This document shows positions 58,439 through 64,000 of a DNA stretch of 64,000 nucleotides, one piece after another (position 1 is the first letter of the stretch; every line of letters begins with the position of its first letter). The DNA comes from an uncultured Gemmatimonadales bacterium. GTDB lineage: Bacteria; Gemmatimonadota; Gemmatimonadetes; Gemmatimonadales; Gemmatimonadaceae. The stretch is taken from the NCBI GenBank assembly GCA_963850905.1, contig CAWKMU010000004.1:224001-288000 (forward strand), given 5' to 3'. The translations under genes were made by a program, and so were the position numbers. The notes under the pieces were generated by a model, which saw only the letters and a list, made by a program, of their open reading frames with translations, had not been told where the DNA came from and did no database searches.

Positions 58439-58596
58439 GGGCGACGCATTGCGTCGCCCGCCGTTGTAGTCGGGGAACACACCGAAACACCGATCTCTGT
58501 GAGCGTGACAGGCCTTGGACCGGTAGGGGCGACGCACTGCGTCGCCCTTCGTTGTCGTTACGGTTGTCGTTCCCTGACCCCTGACCCCTGACCCCC
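58423..58596 (+). repeat. Two tandem REP-like elements (58424, 58511) with GTTGTC and (CTGACCC)3 tail
   Basis: GCCCTAGACCGGTAGGGGCGACGCATTGCGTCGCCCG and GGCCTTGGACCGGTAGGGGCGACGCACTGCGTCGCCC. Confidence 0.9.
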
Positions 58597-58667
58597 GTAC
58601 TAATCCAACCTTTCCCCGGGCCCCACTGTCTGACCGTATCAAACAGCCGCGACCTGCGAGAACCCTT

Positions 58668-61094
58668 GTGACTCAATTCTTCGGAACCAATGTGCGAATG
58701 GCCGCTCGTGCCCTGTGGCGGACACCGACTGTCACCGTCTGCGCAGTCGTGTGCCTCGCGCTCGGCCTCGGTGCGACCACCGCCATCGCGAGCGCGATCG
58801 ACCGGGCCCTCGTCCGAGCGCTCCCGTTCCACGATCCGTCGCGTCTCGTCAGCGTCTATCGGATCTCGCCGCAGGCAACGGACTGGCCTTTCTCGGTCCC
58901 GAAGTACCTCGACCTCGCTCGCGGCGTCAAGCAGTTCACTGGACTGTCGGCGCTCGGGTGGTCGTCGCGACTCGTGGCAATGCCTGACGGTGGCGTGCAA
59001 ATGCGCACGATCCGCGTCACCGGAAACCTCTTTCCGCTGCTCGGCGTCCGTGCGCTTCGCGGGCGGCTGATCAATACGACCGACGATTCGGCGGGTCAGA
59101 ACCCCGTCGTCGTCATTGGCGAAGAGGCCTGGCGCGAGCACTTCAGCGCCGACCCGTCCCTCGTCGGCCGCGCAGTGCGACTGGATGGCATACCGACTAC
59201 CGTGATCGGGATCGTGCCGGCCGGATTTCACGTCCCGCACGGTCTCGCCCAAATGCATGGCGATCTCTGGGTCCCTGCTCGATTCACAGCGGAGGAGCTT
59301 GCCCACCGCGGCCACAACTTCCTCAACGTGCTCGGGCGTCTCGCCCCCGGAGCAACGGTCGCGAGCGGAACGGCCGAGCTCCATGCGCTGGTCGATGCCA
59401 TGGTGGAGAAGTACCCGGAGCTACGCGGTGAGTCGGCCCGAGCGGCTCCGATGCAGTCCGACAGCGTGAATACGATTCGCACGCCACTGCTGCTGGTGTT
59501 CGCTGCCGTATGCGTCGTGCTGCTCATCGCCGCCGCGAACGTGGGAAGCATGCTGCTGGCGCGCGGCGTCCATCGCCAACGCGAGATCGCGGTGCGCACA
59601 GCGCTTGGTGGCGGCCAGTGGGCCGTGATGCGTCCAGCGCTGGCCGAGGGCGCGCTACTCGCACTCGTCGGTGGACTCGTCGGGATAGGACTGGCATGGT
59701 TCGCCGTTCGCACGATTGGCACGCTCGCCAGCGAGCAACTGCCCCAGCTCAACGGCCTCGCGATCGAGATCCGGATCGTCATCTTCGCCGTCGCGTTGTC
59801 GACGATCGTGGCATTGCTCTGCAGCGCCCTCCCCGCGTGGTACAGCGCGAACGTCGATCCCCAGGACGCGTTGCGCGGAGAGCGGACCGGGGGCGGCGGC
59901 CGCATACAGAAGCGAGCCCTCGGCGCGCTCGTCGCGCTTGAGGTCGCACTCTCCCTCATGCTGCTGATCGGGGCAAGCCTCGTTCTGCGGGGATTCCAGT
60001 CACTGACCCATCGCGACCCCGGCTTCGATCCGCGGTCGATGCTCACCGTGACGGCCACGATCTCGCCAGAGCGGTACACCGACAGCACGACCGTTTCGCG
60101 CTTTCTCGTCCCGGCCCTTGATGCGATCGAACGGATTCCTGGCGTGCAATCAGCGGGCGCGATTAGCCTGTTGCCCTTCCGGGAATGGGGGTCCAATTCG
60201 AATATTCGGTACGAAGGCCAGCCCGGCAACGACATGGAGCACTTGCCGCTGGCAGACGACCGCGACGCGACGCCCGACTTCTTCCATGCGACCGGCCAAC
60301 GGCTGCTGGCTGGGCGCCTCCTTCGATACGACGACAACCTTCGACCCGGAGAACCGGTGGTCGTCGTGGCAAATCAGGCGCTCGTTCGGCGAGATTTCCC
60401 GCACTCGGACCCGATCGGCAAGCGGTTCTACATCGGCGACTCGACGTTCGCGACCATCGTGGGCGTGGTGAGCGATATTGCCAACGCCGGCCCGTTCGAC
60501 CCGCCCGTCCCCGAAGTGTACTGGTCGTACTCGCAAATGGGCGGTGTCGGAGAGACCTTGTTCCCGATCGTGGTGCGCGTCTCGGGCGATCCGACGCGCT
60601 TCGTCAACGCCGTGCGGGGTGCGATCCACGAGGTGGACCCGGTAGCCGCAGTCTCTGACATGGGGCCCATGACCGAGGTCGTTTCGAAGAGTGTCGGAGC
60701 ACCGCGCTTCTACCTGCTGCTCCTCGGCAGCTTCGCGCTCGTCGCCCTGGCCCTGGCGCTCGCCGGTCTGTACGGAGTCATGAGCTACTCGGTCGCGCAG
60801 CGCACACGCGAGCTTGGTATCCGCACGGCACTCGGAAGTCCGATCGCGGCCACTTTGCGAATGGTGACGAGCGAGGGCATGCAGCTCGTCGGCATCGGTG
60901 TCGCCGGCGGCATCCTGGGTGGCGCGATCGTCACGCAGCTCTTGCGGAGCTTGCTCTACGGCGTAAGTCCGGCCGACGCCACGACCTGGCTGGCGGCCAC
61001 CGGTGCTCTCGTCCTCGCCGGCCTCCTCGCCACGTTCATCCCCGCGTTCCGAGCCACGCGCGTCGACCCCGTGATCGCCATAAAGGTGGAATAG
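58668..61094 (+). CDS. Duplicated orphan ABC permease (ADOP, MacB/FtsX-type)
   Basis: LALGLGATTAI, LLIAAANV...RQREIAVRTALG, GLYGVMSYSVAQRTRELGIRTALG, PAFRATRVDP. Confidence 0.92.
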   Translation: MTQFFGTNVRMAARALWRTPTVTVCAVVCLALGLGATTAIASAIDRALVRALPFHDPSRLVSVYRISPQATDWPFSVPKYLDLARGVKQFTGLSALGWSSRLVAMPDGGVQMRTIRVTGNLFPLLGVRALRGRLINTTDDSAGQNPVVVIGEEAWREHFSADPSLVGRAVRLDGIPTTVIGIVPAGFHVPHGLAQMHGDLWVPARFTAEELAHRGHNFLNVLGRLAPGATVASGTAELHALVDAMVEKYPELRGESARAAPMQSDSVNTIRTPLLLVFAAVCVVLLIAAANVGSMLLARGVHRQREIAVRTALGGGQWAVMRPALAEGALLALVGGLVGIGLAWFAVRTIGTLASEQLPQLNGLAIEIRIVIFAVALSTIVALLCSALPAWYSANVDPQDALRGERTGGGGRIQKRALGALVALEVALSLMLLIGASLVLRGFQSLTHRDPGFDPRSMLTVTATISPERYTDSTTVSRFLVPALDAIERIPGVQSAGAISLLPFREWGSNSNIRYEGQPGNDMEHLPLADDRDATPDFFHATGQRLLAGRLLRYDDNLRPGEPVVVVANQALVRRDFPHSDPIGKRFYIGDSTFATIVGVVSDIANAGPFDPPVPEVYWSYSQMGGVGETLFPIVVRVSGDPTRFVNAVRGAIHEVDPVAAVSDMGPMTEVVSKSVGAPRFYLLLLGSFALVALALALAGLYGVMSYSVAQRTRELGIRTALGSPIAATLRMVTSEGMQLVGIGVAGGILGGAIVTQLLRSLLYGVSPADATTWLAATGALVLAGLLATFIPAFRATRVDPVIAIKVE

Positions 61095-61145
61095 GCCATT
61101 GGCGGCGATGTTCCGCCCGGTGCACAAGGCCCCGACGATCGGCGG

Positions 61146-61178
61146 GTAGGGGCGACGCCATGCGGCGCCCGCTTTTTT
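61146..61178 (+). repeat. REP-like copy with T-run (likely terminator)
   Basis: GTAGGGGCGACGCCATGCGGCGCCC-GC-TTTTTT. Confidence 0.75.
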
Positions 61179-61237
61179 GCCGCCCCAACAACACCGATCG
61201 AACGTCCGGACCCGCACGACGCACGCGTCGCCTTCTG

Positions 61238-62602
61238 TCACCGTCCGCGCGGTGCGAACCGTTGCACCGTGATGATCGAATCCGGCAGTTGCGTGCGCGC
61301 GAGAATGGAATCGGTGCGACCTTGCAACGTTTGGTCAAAGAACGCCAACACGTACGCCCGAATCAGATCCATGTAGTGACGCTGCGTGGCGGCGCCTGTG
61401 TCGCTGGATTGCTGCAGCGTCTTGAGATCGATGAATGTCCGGTGCGTGAATGCGTCGGATTCCGCCATGATACGGAGGGCACCGCCCGGCATGGCTGCGA
61501 GCGCGTTGTCCTGGTTGCGTTGATACAGATGCACGATCGAGTCGTACTGCGGCCGGGTGAGCTTCATGTGTTCGAGTGCAGCGGCGGTCGGCAATGGCGT
61601 GCGCGCACTCACATAGATCGAGTGGCCACTGGCAAAGAAGAGGAATGGCTGCTTGATGAGGTGCGCTTCGATCCCCCCGTCGTACGGCCTGCCGTCGTCA
61701 TCGGCGTCCTCGTTGGCGCAGGCGCGAATGCGGGCGTCAGTCCGGCACGCACTGGCCGCGGCCACGCCACCGAGTGAATGCCCGAACGCGCCAACGCGCG
61801 TCAGGTCGAGCCGGTGTACGAACAGGTTCGCCCGCGGGACACCCGCATCCAGTTGCGCGAGACGATCGACGACGAAGCGGATGTCGTCAGCGCGGACGGG
61901 CACCTGCGCGAGCTGGTACGCCACCGCTCCCTTGGGGATGGCTTCCGCCGAATCCCACGCTGCGGCGGCAAAGGGTACGACATGTCCATCCGGAAACCAG
62001 ACCGCGAACGCGTCGTGTGGATGCTCGATCGCGAACACGACGTATCCGTGGCTCGCGAGGTCGGTGAGCTGCGCGGCGTAGGTGAGGCTCGACTCCCCGA
62101 ACCCGTGTGAGAACACGAGGACGGGATACCGCGCCGGGGCTGAGGCGAGTGGCGCACCATCGACCACGTATGAACGGATGCGTCCCGCGACGACCGCACT
62201 CAGCGCTTCGCCAAACTCGCCTTTCGTGAGCGAGTCGCCGAGGGCGTGCGCGATCGCATCGACGTGCGGGATGTAGGAGCCGGCCGGTCGCCCTGCTCTG
62301 GCCGCTGAGTCGGCTGGATACCAGACATAGACCATGACCTCACGCCGGCTGGACCGCGCGGGCACGAACGGTTCTGTCCGAGAAGAATCAATCCAGTGAA
62401 AGACCGTGCGTCCGACGGCGTGTGGGCCGGTCGGCGGGGCCAGTTGCTGCACGGTATCACGCGTCTGTGACTCGAGCCGATTCGGCCAAGGCCCGAATAG
62501 GATACACAGGCCGACGCACGCGGCCTGCACCCAGCGTCTAACCGTAAATCGAGGATCTTCCCACGCGGTGTCGCGGCTTTGCCATGCGATTCCCTGGATC
62601 AC
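61238..62602 (-). CDS. Alpha/beta hydrolase (PAF-acetylhydrolase-like), exported
   Basis: PTGPHAVG, VWYPA, PVLVFSHG, LASHGYVV, GHSLGG nucleophile elbow. Confidence 0.88.
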   Translation of the reverse strand: MIQGIAWQSRDTAWEDPRFTVRRWVQAACVGLCILFGPWPNRLESQTRDTVQQLAPPTGPHAVGRTVFHWIDSSRTEPFVPARSSRREVMVYVWYPADSAARAGRPAGSYIPHVDAIAHALGDSLTKGEFGEALSAVVAGRIRSYVVDGAPLASAPARYPVLVFSHGFGESSLTYAAQLTDLASHGYVVFAIEHPHDAFAVWFPDGHVVPFAAAAWDSAEAIPKGAVAYQLAQVPVRADDIRFVVDRLAQLDAGVPRANLFVHRLDLTRVGAFGHSLGGVAAASACRTDARIRACANEDADDDGRPYDGGIEAHLIKQPFLFFASGHSIYVSARTPLPTAAALEHMKLTRPQYDSIVHLYQRNQDNALAAMPGGALRIMAESDAFTHRTFIDLKTLQQSSDTGAATQRHYMDLIRAYVLAFFDQTLQGRTDSILARTQLPDSIITVQRFAPRGR

Positions 62603-62662
62603 GGCATGCCATTGGCCGAAGCCGGCGACGGCAGTTGAGACACGGCGTCAGCTCCGTCGACC

Positions 62663-64000
62663 CTAGAAGGGATGAACCGGCTGCGCTCCTGGATTCGAGG
62701 AGGCCAACAACGCCGAAATGATGCGGTCGCGATCGGGTGACACAGGCAACATGGATCTGGCGAGTTCTGCCGCCTGCTTCGCCTCGTCGGGGGAAAGCCT
62801 CGCCCGGATCGTTGCCTCGACGTCGGCGTCCTCACGGCGCGTTGTGATTAAGGTTCCCCCGCTACTGACATCGAGCAATGCATCGAAATACGCGCGCACC
62901 CCCATCTCGCTTCGGATGCGTCGGATCTCCTCCAGTACGGTCGGCACGCCGCCATGTGACCATAACTGGATCACCCGGTTTCGCACGTCGTAGGCACTCT
63001 CGCGAACGAGTTGCGCGAGCGTGCTATGGAACCAGTCCCGTCCTTCGTCCCAGGGACGCGGTTGTCCATCGACGGAGTAGTGAAAATCGAGCATGCGGCG
63101 CGCACCGCCGGATGCAGCCATCGTCTGATCGATGTTGTTCTGCTGGATTATCCCGAGCTTTTTCTTATCGGCATCCCCCGTCGTGCCTTCGACGATCACG
63201 CCATCTATCACATACAGCGGCTCGCCCAACGCGTAGTAGCCCGGCTTCGGATTCGCGCCTTCGAGTGTGACCTCGGCCCGCCGGGTGTGTCCGTCCTTCG
63301 CATCGATCACAACCACCTGGCCGCCGGCACCGAGTCCAGAGACATCACTTGCGTCCCCGTTCAATACCACCTGCCCATCGATCCGGCCGCTCACGCATCG
63401 GCCATCATCTGCCAAGACGAGGATGCGGCGATCGCCGTGCTCCGCTTCGAGTGCACCCGGCCGACCCCCATCGGCGCTCACGCCGCCGTGGACGAAGTCC
63501 TCATTGACCGGACAACGATATGATGCGACACCCGTCGGCAAGCGAAGCGCCGGCGCCTGAGGCGCCTGTAGCCCCACGGCCAGCCGTGGAGCAGGTTGCG
63601 CAGCCTGGGCAACGAACTCGACGATCGCTGCCATGTGGGCCACTAGTGGCGCGGCGCGGCCATACTCCACACCTGCATGCACCGCGCGCATTGATGGCCG
63701 GACGGCTGCGAGGAGCAACACGAACGGGGCGGCCGTCGCCAACGATAACACCGACGCTCGCGCACTCGACGCCGCGCGCCTGCGGCGCGTATCGAGGATG
63801 AATCGAAGCCGGCCCTCGAGCTCCGAGCGCCGAGCCATGGCAAGCGCCGCGAACCCCGGCGCGACCGAAGGCGTGAGGCCGCGAACGAGCGTCAACAGAT
63901 CCTCGGCGTACGCCGACGCGCGTGTGCCCCGCGTCAACACGACATCGTCACATGCCCCTTCGCGCTCCGCTCGCATGCGAGCAGTCGCTAGCCATGCCAG
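62663..64000 (-). CDS. BlaR1/MecR1-type M56 peptidase protein (5' end off window)
   Basis: RAEREGACDDVV, YAEDLL, MARRSELEGRLRFIL, then TM and extracytoplasmic domain. Confidence 0.87.
   Translation of the reverse strand: MAWLATARMRAEREGACDDVVLTRGTRASAYAEDLLTLVRGLTPSVAPGFAALAMARRSELEGRLRFILDTRRRRAASSARASVLSLATAAPFVLLLAAVRPSMRAVHAGVEYGRAAPLVAHMAAIVEFVAQAAQPAPRLAVGLQAPQAPALRLPTGVASYRCPVNEDFVHGGVSADGGRPGALEAEHGDRRILVLADDGRCVSGRIDGQVVLNGDASDVSGLGAGGQVVVIDAKDGHTRRAEVTLEGANPKPGYYALGEPLYVIDGVIVEGTTGDADKKKLGIIQQNNIDQTMAASGGARRMLDFHYSVDGQPRPWDEGRDWFHSTLAQLVRESAYDVRNRVIQLWSHGGVPTVLEEIRRIRSEMGVRAYFDALLDVSSGGTLITTRREDADVEATIRARLSPDEAKQAAELARSMLPVSPDRDRIISALLASSNPGAQPVHPF

Noticed and set aside
50505..58596. 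Tandem 38-nt palindromic repeats resembling a CRISPR array
   Set aside because: At most 2-3 copies per site, intervening DNA is itself repetitive rather than unique spacers, copies are dispersed and no cas genes are present; REP-like instead.

Overview
High-GC bacterial chromosomal segment, most consistent with Gemmatimonadota (inferred from gene repertoire: SusC/SusD-like pairs with CarboxypepD-type N-termini, Big_2 lipoprotein, duplicated orphan ABC permease, M56 fusion). It holds a PLP aminotransferase, a Gfo/Idh/MocA + DUF1080 pair, tRNA-Gly, a Pal-like lipoprotein, a 7-tRNA cluster downstream of efp, tesA-ybbA-ybbP, a five-gene Ser/Thr-kinase signalling cluster (TPR-TM, FHA-TM, kinase-RCC1, Big_2 lipoprotein, exported TPR), mntH-mntR with a palindromic operator, several exported peptidases, an orphan type IV pilin with a sigma54-like promoter, two paralogous SusC/SusD pairs and assorted redox/stress genes. 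Non-coding DNA is highly structured: about 11 copies of a GTAG-type REP-like hairpin (all between 34.5 and 61.2 kb, several supplying stop codons) and many 7-nt-period tracts that flank hairpins in inverted orientation. About seven single-base frameshifts (all in the first 31 kb, including two in efp) are most likely sequencing/assembly errors. No CRISPR array, cas gene, transposase or prophage was recognised. All family assignments come from motif recognition by eye; no database search was run.
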